A stretch of 64,000 nucleotides of DNA from Leptospiraceae bacterium (GTDB lineage: Bacteria > Spirochaetota > Leptospiria > Leptospirales > Leptonemataceae), in assembly GCA_040217195.1 (NCBI GenBank), contig JAVJNR010000010.1, positions 17,964 to 81,963 of the forward strand. The letters are read 5' to 3'. Under the pieces are notes generated by a model. It worked only from the letters and a program-made list of their open reading frames with translations. It had not been told where the DNA came from and ran no database searches. Position numbers and translations under genes: made by a program. The stretch's first letter is position 1. Every line of letters starts with the position of its first letter. This document shows, piece after piece, positions 16,468-25,556 of the stretch.

Positions 16468-18347
16468 CAGAAGACCTCCAGAAAGAACGTGCGATTGCCG
16501 TTTATGGAGGTGACACCTACCAGATAAACCAGAGAATTCCCATCCTGGCGGATCCCGGTTATTCGCGTAGACCGGATCCGGGGGTCTGCCTCTATCTTCG
16601 CCAGGAGCCGGTCTATGTAACGGTCTTTGAAGAAGTTTTCCTGGACTTCCCCTATCTTTGCGGGGTTGCCAAAATCAGGATACATTGGCAGTCCGCCCTC
16701 CGGCGTATCGATCTGGTCGATCACATTGTTCATCAGTGCTGGCTCACCCTCGACCACATCCAGATCTCCGTTCGCAGCCACGGCGAAATCCCTCTGGTCC
16801 GTAAGTGCCAGGTCTTCCCCGAGCACTCCCCGTTCAATATCGGCATTCGTCGGGCTGGCCGGTTGGGAGGCCCACACCTGGAGGTTATGCCCGTAGGGAA
16901 TTTTAATGGATTCGCTTACGATTCCCTGCCCTCTTCTCTTCCGATTGTATGCCGCAAGTGCGGAACCCAGATCAGGGTCCTGCATGTACTTCTCTGCGAG
17001 CGATTCCCAGGTGTCTCCACCTATGGCTTTGTGGATGATGTACTGATTGTCTGTCGCGGCCTTCTTTATATAGGCCTCCAGATCAATCACCGCTGATTTC
17101 GCCTCCAGCAGTTGCTCATAGTAAGGTATTTCTATCAACGATTCGAAGTTTGATTCCGGGGTTGCCGCATAGGATTCCAGTGGTTGGTTCGGAGAGACGG
17201 TAATCAGTCCGAGTTCATCCATGGCAGCCTGAATCTCCTGGGCCATTTCTCGGAGACGGCGCTGGAACTCGGCTCTCGCAGAATTGGCCTTCTGAATTGC
17301 ATTTTGTTCTTCTGGCTCTTCCCGAAAGCCCCGCCCTACGTTGGCAAACGCTTCGGTGAAGTTGTTGGAAGCCAGACGGCCATCGCTTGAAAAGACTCCC
17401 CGCATCGTATCCCAGGAATTCTGGAGCTCGGTTCCTATCCGGGAAAGGTTCTTGAAGGCACCCGACATTCTGAGGAACCGGCCTGATAGCTCTGTAGGGA
17501 AGTTGACGATGTCCTTCAGATCCTGCATGACCCCGCCGATTCCCGCTTCAATATTTGCATTGAAGTACCTTTCGAGCTTGTTGGGCAGCTCGAAAGCGGT
17601 GTCTTTTTCGTCCTGTATGACGACCAATCCGATTTCCCACTTGTATGTGTTCGTATCCTGAGTGCTTCGAGAAATCTTGAAACCATCGGGCTGCACTACC
17701 ACTTCCACATGGCGCCGTCTTGCGTAATCGTGGAACATTAAAGCAAAGTTGGAGTAGCTGAACGGGTCTTTCTTCTCCTTGAATTTTGTGAGAATTGCAG
17801 CTGCCTGCTTATCCTCCGGTTCATAGAGAATCTTCTCATCCCATACCCCGGACATGATTGCCAGAAAGTCAAAGAACTCCATCTCCCCGGACCGGAGTCC
17901 CCCCATCCCGGGGACCGGAATGACCCTTTCCATGTAACCAACCGAGCGATCGTATAGCTTTTTCGCTGTCCCCGAGTAATCAGTAACGAGCCCCTTTGCA
18001 TCGTCATAGATTGACTTGGCACCTTCAGTAACATCGCCGAATCCCAGGCCTTCCTCTCCATCATCGAAACGATCCAGGAAGGATCCGCCTTCGGAGCCCT
18101 GGGGCGGTCGAGCCAGAAAGTGAATGTGAAACTCGCCTTCCAGGGAAAGTATGTTATTGTCCGGGCCGTAATCCACCGTGGAGGACCCGCGATGACCGAA
18201 GGTGGGCATTGTGCGGACCCGGAACTTGTATTGCTCGGAGTAGCGGACTGGCCCGTTCAATAGGAAATATTCTCCCAGGGTTTCACTGGAAGGCTGTCCG
18301 TTGTCCTTTCGGGACCTGAGTTCGAATGAGAACAGATTCTCGGCCAC
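16467..18347 (-). CDS. Baseplate protein: tube-initiator-like N-terminus, LysM-like segment, gp25-like C-terminus
   Basis: HKAIGGDTWESLAEKYMQDPDLGSALAAYN; GDLDVVEG...TPEGGLPMYPDFG...IEADPRI. Confidence 0.7.
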   Translation of the reverse strand: MAENLFSFELRSRKDNGQPSSETLGEYFLLNGPVRYSEQYKFRVRTMPTFGHRGSSTVDYGPDNNILSLEGEFHIHFLARPPQGSEGGSFLDRFDDGEEGLGFGDVTEGAKSIYDDAKGLVTDYSGTAKKLYDRSVGYMERVIPVPGMGGLRSGEMEFFDFLAIMSGVWDEKILYEPEDKQAAAILTKFKEKKDPFSYSNFALMFHDYARRRHVEVVVQPDGFKISRSTQDTNTYKWEIGLVVIQDEKDTAFELPNKLERYFNANIEAGIGGVMQDLKDIVNFPTELSGRFLRMSGAFKNLSRIGTELQNSWDTMRGVFSSDGRLASNNFTEAFANVGRGFREEPEEQNAIQKANSARAEFQRRLREMAQEIQAAMDELGLITVSPNQPLESYAATPESNFESLIEIPYYEQLLEAKSAVIDLEAYIKKAATDNQYIIHKAIGGDTWESLAEKYMQDPDLGSALAAYNRKRRGQGIVSESIKIPYGHNLQVWASQPASPTNADIERGVLGEDLALTDQRDFAVAANGDLDVVEGEPALMNNVIDQIDTPEGGLPMYPDFGNPAKIGEVQENFFKDRYIDRLLAKIEADPRIRSTRITGIRQDGNSLVYLVGVTSINGNRTFFLEVF

Positions 18348-18353
18348 GGATTG

Positions 18354-18378
18354 AGTCTATAGTTGCAGGCTCCATCGG
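18354..18378 (-). promoter_or_regulatory. Putative late promoter CCGA-N15-TAGACT (leaderless, GTG 18347)
   Basis: 31 nt from CCGA to start codon. Confidence 0.7.
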
Positions 18379-18399
18379 TCCACGCAGCGAGCCGTTTGC

Positions 18400-18425
18400 C
18401 CGATGAAAATATAGCGTATTATTAT
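18400..18425 (+). promoter_or_regulatory. Putative late promoter CCGA-N16-TATTAT
   Basis: TTGCCCGATG, 34 nt before ATG 18434; divergent partner of the 18378 site. Confidence 0.6.
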
Positions 18426-18433
18426 CGGGCGCA

Positions 18434-19582
18434 ATGGCGCTGAGCAGATATATCCCGCGTGCGGACGTAGAATACCGCCAGGCACTCGTCAACTACCTGA
18501 TCTCCAGAGCTTCGCGCCTGTCCAACTTCGGTCCCGGATCCCGCATTGGCTCATTGCTGGAAGGTATCGCCATCGTCCTGGCCCGGGGAGACCGGGAAAC
18601 ACTACAGGGCTTCGAGGCTGAAGCGGTAAATGCCGTCTATGAAGTGTTTGGCTTCCCCCTTCTCCCGGGGCTAAAGGCAACCGGACTGCTCCGCCTGGAG
18701 AAATCCGGACATACCCAGGCAATCAATTATCCGATCTTTACGATCGATCTTTTCGGTCTGCGGTTTGAGACCGTGGAACCTATTACGCTTCCCGTGGGCC
18801 AGAATGTGGTTCTGGTAGAATCCCGGGCCATAGAGCCCGGCGTTTCCGGAAATATTCGCGCCGGGGAGATCGATACCCTGGATGGTCGTGGAACGATATC
18901 CCCTCAGATCGAACCCGGAACCCGGGTTTGGAATCCGGCCCCTTTTGAGGGAGGCACCCAGCTTGAGACGGAGGAATCGCGAGCTGGTCGATTCAGGGAT
19001 TTCATCAACAACCTGGGCCGTAGCACCCTGCGGGGTATATACAATGCGGTCATTTCTATCCCCGGTGTGGCCGGAGCCGTAGTAAACGACAACATCAACC
19101 CTATTTCTCTTCTGCCTCAGACCGGATGGGTCAATGTCTATGTGTCGGATGGAACCTCGAGCCCTCCACAATCGTTGCTTGATGAAGTGAAGAAGGTAGT
19201 CGTTGGCGAACTGCACCATCCAGACTACCTGGGGTATGCGGCGGGTGGGGCCAGAGTCTACGTTGGCTCGGTTGAGGTGACGGCCGTTAATGTATCCTAT
19301 GAATACGTCCTTGTAGAAGGAAGCTCCCTGACAGACCAGGAAGCGGAAGAGAAAATTGAGCAGGCGGCCATCGGATACATCAACTCCCTTCCCATCGGCC
19401 AGGACGTGCTCTTCGAAACTCTTCAGGCCCGGATGCTCACGGCTCATCCAGATATCCTGAGATTGAATCTACTGTCTCCAGGATCAGATGTCGTGATTCA
19501 AGATCAAGACCTGCCACGGATCGGAGGGGTCTCCGGGGGAACCATATCGGGAACGGCGCTGCCCCGGGAGGTCCCCGAGTGA
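18434..19582 (+). CDS. Baseplate J-like wedge protein
   Basis: NFGPGSRIGSLLE, A.EPGVSGNI..G.I, GGTQLETEE, LGRSTLRGI..A..SIPGV. Confidence 0.9.
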   Translation: MALSRYIPRADVEYRQALVNYLISRASRLSNFGPGSRIGSLLEGIAIVLARGDRETLQGFEAEAVNAVYEVFGFPLLPGLKATGLLRLEKSGHTQAINYPIFTIDLFGLRFETVEPITLPVGQNVVLVESRAIEPGVSGNIRAGEIDTLDGRGTISPQIEPGTRVWNPAPFEGGTQLETEESRAGRFRDFINNLGRSTLRGIYNAVISIPGVAGAVVNDNINPISLLPQTGWVNVYVSDGTSSPPQSLLDEVKKVVVGELHHPDYLGYAAGGARVYVGSVEVTAVNVSYEYVLVEGSSLTDQEAEEKIEQAAIGYINSLPIGQDVLFETLQARMLTAHPDILRLNLLSPGSDVVIQDQDLPRIGGVSGGTISGTALPREVPE

Positions 19583-20166
19583 GCGAAATCTTCCAGCTAC
19601 TGCCCTTCTTTAATCAAACCGGTCCCGTGTTTCGGGATCTGGTCGGCGATCCGAACAGGAATGAACTGGATCCGGTCCAGGCAATCAACGATATCAACAA
19701 GGGAGCCATTGAAAACAGTATCGAATGGCACCTCCGCTTCCAACGGCGGGCCGTGCATGAAGTGGATCTTCGGAATGCGCGGGGAATATTTCTACGAAAG
19801 TGGGCAGATATCTATGGGATCCCCCGCCCCCCATCGATGTCGGATGAAGACTTCATCGGCTACATGATTGGTCGCATCCTCTCCGTAAGCTCAGCCCGAC
19901 CGGCACTGGTGAGCATCTTTCCTGAGCCAAAGTATCAGGTCTTCGGCTGCGCACAGGTCGGGGCATTCCTGGATGTTTGTTACTACAATGTGGGTGTTCA
20001 GGACCCCAAGAAGACGAAAGTTCGCATGGCGAGCTCAGTTCTTACGTTCGGCACCAACTCGATCTATGTCTACGTAAAGGATCCGGACCATATCGGCTCC
20101 GAGATTAAGAAGAAATTGTATGATACCCTGGCCGCCGGATTCGCGGTCTACGCAGGAGTCTATTGA
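19579..20166 (+). CDS. Baseplate wedge protein (gpI/gp48-like)
   Basis: ARGIFLRKWADIYGIPR...SDEDF, directly after baseplate J. Confidence 0.7.
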   Translation: MSEIFQLLPFFNQTGPVFRDLVGDPNRNELDPVQAINDINKGAIENSIEWHLRFQRRAVHEVDLRNARGIFLRKWADIYGIPRPPSMSDEDFIGYMIGRILSVSSARPALVSIFPEPKYQVFGCAQVGAFLDVCYYNVGVQDPKKTKVRMASSVLTFGTNSIYVYVKDPDHIGSEIKKKLYDTLAAGFAVYAGVY

Positions 20167-20936
20167 TGACAACGGTGGAAATCCCCTCTCAAGATAATGA
20201 AGTTAAGATCCTCTATGTGGAACCGCTCAGAAGGATTGAGTCTGAGGACATTAACACGGCGACCGGAGTGAACTTCGAGGGTTCTCAGCTTAAAATCGCA
20301 ACCCTGGTTGCAAGAGCGATCATTGGCAAGGATCTAACGGACACTTGCTATCTGGGATTCAAGCCACCTTCATTTACATCTACGGAAATATCCGTTCAGC
20401 GTGGTGTCATTATCACGGAAGAGGCAGTCTTTCAAATAGCCCCGACCACTTTGACGCCGACCCCGGAAGCCCACTATGGCATCTATGAATGCGAATTTGT
20501 GGAAGAGATTGTGGACGAGGAGGCCCGGGACTTCTGGAACGCTGCCACAGAGGAAGCGGATCCTGCCATGAGCCCGACCCGAAAAAGATTCGGGATCAAA
20601 GTCTACGAGAAATACAATACGTCGGCCAGCTACCCGGCTGTCACCCCGGGCCGGTTTGAGCTTTTAAGATATCAAAAGCTGGCCGCATTTCAGGCGATTG
20701 ACGATGTCCAGCTCCAGATCCAGACGGACTTTGATCTGATTACCGTGACCGACAATATTTCCCAGCTTTTCAGCGAACTAACAACGGAAATAGCAGAACG
20801 GCAGTCAGCGGATGATCTGAAAAACTTTATCAGAACAAGCATTCCCGGTCCTCCAGGAAACCAGGTATTTTTCCGGCAGGATGGAAATTATCTCTACTGG
20901 TCTAACGATGGGAGTACCTGGCGCCCTTTCGCATAA
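20166..20936 (+). CDS. Tail fibre/baseplate-attached protein (short form; -1 frameshift extension likely)
   Basis: Position after wedge genes; coiled EIAERQSADD; ends at C CCT TTC slippery site. Confidence 0.7.
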   Translation: MTTVEIPSQDNEVKILYVEPLRRIESEDINTATGVNFEGSQLKIATLVARAIIGKDLTDTCYLGFKPPSFTSTEISVQRGVIITEEAVFQIAPTTLTPTPEAHYGIYECEFVEEIVDEEARDFWNAATEEADPAMSPTRKRFGIKVYEKYNTSASYPAVTPGRFELLRYQKLAAFQAIDDVQLQIQTDFDLITVTDNISQLFSELTTEIAERQSADDLKNFIRTSIPGPPGNQVFFRQDGNYLYWSNDGSTWRPFA

Positions 20937-21457
20937 CGCCCTCGTCTGGCCCGGTGGCGGGCGGGGGCTCCAACGGGCATTGGGAGGGCAATGTCAGCAC
21001 AGCCAGATACGATGTGTTCCCGCAGGGAGCCTATAGCGTCGGCGATCAGTGGTTCGCGGTGGATAGCCAATTCGATGCTGGAGGCTCCTCTGTTCGGTGC
21101 CAGGAAACCGGGTTTGGATACGGAGGGTGCACACTTGGTTGCTGTCCTGGAGGCTCTGCATTGCTCGGGTGTTGCGGAGTTACATTGCCTGATGGAACCT
21201 ATTTCTGCAATACTACGGACGACCCTAACTACCATCCTAATGGTTGGTATTCTGAAATCCGATCGTGTGGCCTCGGATGCGAAAGCAATTTCTATAAGCT
21301 CTGCTACAACCCGGATTGGAAAACGCGCTATAATGTATACGAATATCGTCCTGCCGAGTGGCAGGAACTGAACGGGATCGAATTCGACCCCGCGAATCCT
21401 ATGCACGGATGGGTGTTTCGCTACCAGTCCGTGGTTGATGGCCTTGTTTATTCATAG
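20924..21457 (+). CDS. Cys-rich C-terminal domain reached by -1 ribosomal frameshift
   Basis: -1 frame open from 20906 to 21457; no RBS before GTG 20954; slippery heptamer at 20924-20930. Confidence 0.65.
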   Translation, partial: PFRITPSSGPVAGGGSNGHWEGNVSTARYDVFPQGAYSVGDQWFAVDSQFDAGGSSVRCQETGFGYGGCTLGCCPGGSALLGCCGVTLPDGTYFCNTTDDPNYHPNGWYSEIRSCGLGCESNFYKLCYNPDWKTRYNVYEYRPAEWQELNGIEFDPANPMHGWVFRYQSVVDGLVYS

Positions 21458-21499
21458 GTGTATTTCGATAGCCGGTGATGCCGGGAAAAGGAGAGAAAA

Positions 21500-21820
21500 A
21501 TGAACGAATCACAGATATTTCAATATATGAGCCAGATGGTTTTCAATGCCACGGCCAAGGGCCAGACCCGCGAAAAGGCTCTGGAGCAGGCCGAGGAAAC
21601 CGTTTCCGGCATAGTCGACACATCGAAGAAGCTGGCCTCAGAGCTTGACTCAGAGGAGCTTGGCGAAAGCCAGATATTTCAGTATATGAGCCAACTGGTC
21701 TTCAATGATGTGATGAAGGGCAAGGACAGAGAAACGGCCCTGAAAGATGCAGCCAAAACCGTGAAGGCGATTGCCACGAAGACGAAAGCCCTTGCGGCCA
21801 GAGCCCAGCCGAAAGAATAG
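21500..21820 (+). CDS. Hypothetical protein made of two ~50-aa tandem repeats
   Basis: ESQIFQYMSQMVFN / ESQIFQYMSQLVFN; AAGGAG RBS. Confidence 0.8.
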   Translation: MNESQIFQYMSQMVFNATAKGQTREKALEQAEETVSGIVDTSKKLASELDSEELGESQIFQYMSQLVFNDVMKGKDRETALKDAAKTVKAIATKTKALAARAQPKE

Positions 21821-21822
21821 CA

Positions 21823-22080
21823 ATGGCCTGCGGGAAGTGCGGCAGCTCGGCACCGGTGGTCGCAGCCGAATCCAGAGATTGCCGGAAAAATACAACAGCA
21901 CCCATCCAGGAAGGGTTCAGGGATAGGCGGAATGAACGTCTTGCAATCTGCCTGGAGTGTCCGGCATTGAAGCGATACGTCAAAGTCTCGAAGATGGAAC
22001 AATGCGGACTCTGTGCTTGTTTCGTTCGGGCTAAGACTGCGATTCCATGGGAGAAGTGCCCGGCGGGCTTCTGGGAGTAG
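21823..22080 (+). CDS. Small Cys-rich protein (DUF6171-like)
   Basis: RLAICLECP...QCGLCACFVRAKT....CPAGFW. Confidence 0.7.
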   Translation: MACGKCGSSAPVVAAESRDCRKNTTAPIQEGFRDRRNERLAICLECPALKRYVKVSKMEQCGLCACFVRAKTAIPWEKCPAGFWE

Positions 22081-22083
22081 CTG

Positions 22084-23478
22084 ATGGCGTTTATATCACC
22101 CAGAGTTCGACTTATGGCTTACCGCCCCTTTGATAAGGAGCCAGTGGAGGTGCCTCTGGATCCGATTACAAAGATCAGCTCTAACCGGGGCTTCGGTCCC
22201 GGATCAATCAGTCTGACATTTACTCGTGGCGTGGCCCCGGGAGAAATCCGGAAGGTCATGGATCTCCTGACGGATCAGACCGTGGTCCAACTCCAGGTAA
22301 AGCGCAAGCCGGGGGATGAATGGAGACAATTAAACCTCTGCCATGTCAGTTCCGCGTCGACAACCATTCATGCGAAGGGTGAAGAATCCTGGAGCCCGGA
22401 ACTGGTTACACTGGATGGAAAGCTCCAGAACCAGGTCTATTTCATCTCGTTACCCAACGGAGCAAAGAAGCTGACTCCGGAGGAGGCTGCGGGCTTGCCG
22501 GAGGGGTCATTCCCCAGGGCTTTAATGCAGTTCGGAGAGTCCTTCAAGGGTGGAGTAAAGTCGCTGAAGCGCCTGATTGAGAACTTCTGGGATGAGATCA
22601 TAGTAACGCTCATGAACCCCGAGCAGTATGGCACACGGACCGTGGTTTTCGGAGGGAAACGGCTTGCAGGGCCGGTGGGTTCCGATGATGCGCTGTCGAC
22701 TTTGAAAGTGTTTTCTACTCCATCCTACACCGAGCAGTTCATCTCATTCTTTAGCTTCCTGAATCAGATATCCATTGGAAATAGCCCCAATTTCTACCAG
22801 ATCATCTCAAGTCTGGCCACCGCCCCGCTGTATGAGTGGTTTTTCGATCCACTCCAGGGGAACGGGGTGCTCGACGAGGAAACAAAGTACACGGTCAAGA
22901 ATTCGCAGGGACTATTTATTTTCCGCAAGACCCCCTTTTTCGATTTGTTCGACCAGTCCGGCAAATGGATCGAACCGGCGGAAACAATTAAGGACATCCA
23001 CCAGTTGAATTACGGCCACAAAGACTCGGACATATACACCGGTGTGCATGTTGGGCTTACGGCCTTTGATCTCGGGGCCAATGCAATCGTTTTCAAGCCC
23101 AAATGGTCCGGGCTTCTGGGGGCTACCCATGGCCATCGTCCACTCCAGATAAAGATGGATGGCATTAAACCGGGCGATATGGGACCGGATCAAATTACAG
23201 ACGCACTCTCGAAGATTCAGGACAGGCTATTTACAATATTCTGCGACAGTAAAGTGCCGCGCCGCAATGCCAGCGTCTCGGCGAACTGTACTTTCGATTT
23301 CTTCCGGGTGGGACAGCCCTACAGAATAGAAGCCCCGAAATCCGCAAAGAAGGATTACGGTTCCTATGGCTATGTAACCCAGGTCAAGGACACATTCAGC
23401 ATTCAGGAAGCCGAAGCCTCCAGCAGCGTATCCCTGAAATGGATTGATCGCCTATCCGGAATTCCTTCCGAGTCTTGA
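22084..23478 (+). CDS. Putative baseplate hub protein
   Basis: Size, context, PLYEWFFD...IFRKTPF pattern. Confidence 0.55.
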   Translation: MAFISPRVRLMAYRPFDKEPVEVPLDPITKISSNRGFGPGSISLTFTRGVAPGEIRKVMDLLTDQTVVQLQVKRKPGDEWRQLNLCHVSSASTTIHAKGEESWSPELVTLDGKLQNQVYFISLPNGAKKLTPEEAAGLPEGSFPRALMQFGESFKGGVKSLKRLIENFWDEIIVTLMNPEQYGTRTVVFGGKRLAGPVGSDDALSTLKVFSTPSYTEQFISFFSFLNQISIGNSPNFYQIISSLATAPLYEWFFDPLQGNGVLDEETKYTVKNSQGLFIFRKTPFFDLFDQSGKWIEPAETIKDIHQLNYGHKDSDIYTGVHVGLTAFDLGANAIVFKPKWSGLLGATHGHRPLQIKMDGIKPGDMGPDQITDALSKIQDRLFTIFCDSKVPRRNASVSANCTFDFFRVGQPYRIEAPKSAKKDYGSYGYVTQVKDTFSIQEAEASSSVSLKWIDRLSGIPSES

Positions 23479-23504
23479 CCGATTCCAGAGTTGGAGGGCA
23501 CTCT
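23479..23504 (+). promoter_or_regulatory. Putative late promoter (CCGA...CACTCT)
   Basis: 31 nt before ATG 23510; weaker -10. Confidence 0.45.
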
Positions 23505-23509
23505 AACGG

Positions 23510-23890
23510 ATGCCATACATCGGGCCATATATCCCGGAGGACTACGAGATAGAAGAAATGTTTGCTCAGCTTACCCTTGCCAGAGGGGAAGTCTCATACA
23601 ACGCAACAAACGTTGCCGTTGGAGACGCCCTGCCTAACGATTCGGTTATTGTTGCTCTATGCGTCCGCGTAGAAACGCCCTGGGACGTGCCCGCCAGCAT
23701 GACAATCGGAAACAACAGCGATTCCGACCTCTATGCGGACGCAGATTCAATAGACCTGAATCAAGAGGGGCTCTACATGATCGATGTTTACGGGATTACC
23801 CTTGGCACATCAACAATCAACGCTTACATAAACGCTCCTGGTGCAGTAATCGGTAAGGCTACCGTCTTTGCCGTGGTACGCGTCGGATAA
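23510..23890 (+). CDS. Virion structural protein (beta-rich, possible decoration protein)
   Basis: LPNDSVIV..V.VETPWD..ASMTIG..DSDLY. Confidence 0.6.
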   Translation: MPYIGPYIPEDYEIEEMFAQLTLARGEVSYNATNVAVGDALPNDSVIVALCVRVETPWDVPASMTIGNNSDSDLYADADSIDLNQEGLYMIDVYGITLGTSTINAYINAPGAVIGKATVFAVVRVG

Positions 23891-23903
23891 TCCGGGATCT
23901 TGC

Positions 23904-23928
23904 CCGATAGTAAAAAACCAGCCCAAAT
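23904..23928 (+). promoter_or_regulatory. Putative late promoter CCGA-N15-CCAAAT
   Basis: TTGCCCGATAG, 31 nt before ATG 23935. Confidence 0.65.
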
Positions 23929-23934
23929 GCAGGC

Positions 23935-24801
23935 ATGGAATTTACCCATCCCTGCCATATTATCAAAGCCGAAGAGAATTCCGGACGGCTGAAAGTTCTG
24001 ATTCGAGCCTCCACTGAAGGAGAAGACCGGCACGGCGAGCGTGTCCTAAAGAGCGCGTTTGCAGACCCGGATATGCAACGGTCTTTTTCCAGGGAAGGCT
24101 ACTACGACTACAACCACATAACAGATATTCTGGACAAACAGATGAAAGGTGTCTCCGGCACCGAACTTGTGGAACTGCAGAAGGCCAAAGCAAGGGCGAT
24201 CATTGGATATCCCGATCCCGAGAAGTCGTTGTTCGTCGGGGATGATGGCGTTTATTCCCAGGGGTATCTATTCGCAGACAATGAATACGTCCAGGAAATC
24301 CGCAAGGGTCTTGAATCCGGCTGGTCCGGCTGGGGGGCTTCGATCTCTGGTTTTGCGAGCCCGAGGGACCTGGAAGGCAACACTTTCAAGAAGATGCTCC
24401 TGAAAAAGATCGCAATCGCCCCGCTCCAGGAAGTCATCAATCCGGATACAAGTGTTCAACTGGCCAAGTCCAAACTCGTTCAATTGCTCAAGGGTGGTGA
24501 GGACTACTACACCGAAGAACAGACGGGCGCAACCGACACCTTGCCCGATACAGAAATCCGTGACCAGATAATTCAGGATCTACAGATTCAGGTCGGTCGG
24601 CTCACGCGATTGGTCCTTTCGCAACCATCGATGCAGGAAGCTATCGCTCGAGAAGTGGTGGATGCGATCAAATGCGGCACCCTGCCCCTGCAACACGATC
24701 CCATAGTCAGCTTTTTGACCGATAGCTTTGGCTTTGATACGGATTTAGCCAAGCAAGTCGCAAACGGCGTACTGCTAACAGGTAACTTCGGAGCGGCATA
24801 G
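23935..24801 (+). CDS. Prohead maturation protease
   Basis: ASTEGEDRHGERV, YDYNH, GASISG, IAIAP..VINPDT; precedes scaffold and capsid genes. Confidence 0.8.
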   Translation: MEFTHPCHIIKAEENSGRLKVLIRASTEGEDRHGERVLKSAFADPDMQRSFSREGYYDYNHITDILDKQMKGVSGTELVELQKAKARAIIGYPDPEKSLFVGDDGVYSQGYLFADNEYVQEIRKGLESGWSGWGASISGFASPRDLEGNTFKKMLLKKIAIAPLQEVINPDTSVQLAKSKLVQLLKGGEDYYTEEQTGATDTLPDTEIRDQIIQDLQIQVGRLTRLVLSQPSMQEAIAREVVDAIKCGTLPLQHDPIVSFLTDSFGFDTDLAKQVANGVLLTGNFGAA

Positions 24802-24837
24802 CTCCTGAGAGTCCAGAGAAGAGGAGACACTGAACTT

Positions 24838-25524
24838 ATGAAATGGGCAGAAGAATTAATTAGCAAGATTCAATCATTAAACGTTCGCAAAGCGGATGAT
24901 CCGACCTCCGGCGATAAAGGCGGCGGGTCCATCGAGGACCTGGCAATGCAGGCCGCAAACAAAATGGAAAACGGCGAAATTGAACCGGATGCAGATTCCG
25001 TTAAGGACTTCCTGGTATCTAACGGTGTCGACGAATCTGAGGCCGGAGATTTTGCCAAAGATATCATAGATGCCTATTTCTCCGAGGATGATCCGAAATC
25101 CGGCGAAGGCGACGGGTCCGGGGACAAAGGAGACGTCAACAAGTCAAAGGATCCGACCCAGGATGAAGCCAATTCGGACCAGATCCCCATTCAGAAGTCC
25201 ATGGAGCGAATCGAAGAGGCCCTGAGTGTTCTCGGCTATGGCCTTACTCATATCCTGGACGAGCTGCAGGCAACCCGCAAGGAGAATGCTGTCCTGAAAA
25301 GCCAGGTGGATGAATACCTCGGCAAGCCAGTTCGCAAGAGTACGGTTGAGCAAGTGGCCCCAGGTGCTGGCCAGGAGAGCGGCAGATCCACCTCCGAAAC
25401 AAAGACCCTGATTCTGAAAGGAGTCCAGGCCGGTGAGCTTACCACTGAAGACATGACTGCCTTCGAAGTGGGCCGAGTGCTCACCGACAAAGCAAAGCAA
25501 TACATCAATAAGGCAGGAGCCTGA
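24838..25524 (+). CDS. Capsid scaffold protein
   Basis: Acidic/coiled; between protease and MCP; many xxK[S/A/G] sites. Confidence 0.7.
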   Translation: MKWAEELISKIQSLNVRKADDPTSGDKGGGSIEDLAMQAANKMENGEIEPDADSVKDFLVSNGVDESEAGDFAKDIIDAYFSEDDPKSGEGDGSGDKGDVNKSKDPTQDEANSDQIPIQKSMERIEEALSVLGYGLTHILDELQATRKENAVLKSQVDEYLGKPVRKSTVEQVAPGAGQESGRSTSETKTLILKGVQAGELTTEDMTAFEVGRVLTDKAKQYINKAGA

Positions 25525-25556
25525 TCCCTGAAAGCGCGACAACAGAGAGGATAGAA

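Noticed and set aside
18671..19447. 258-aa - strand ORF
   Set aside because: Antisense shadow of baseplate J
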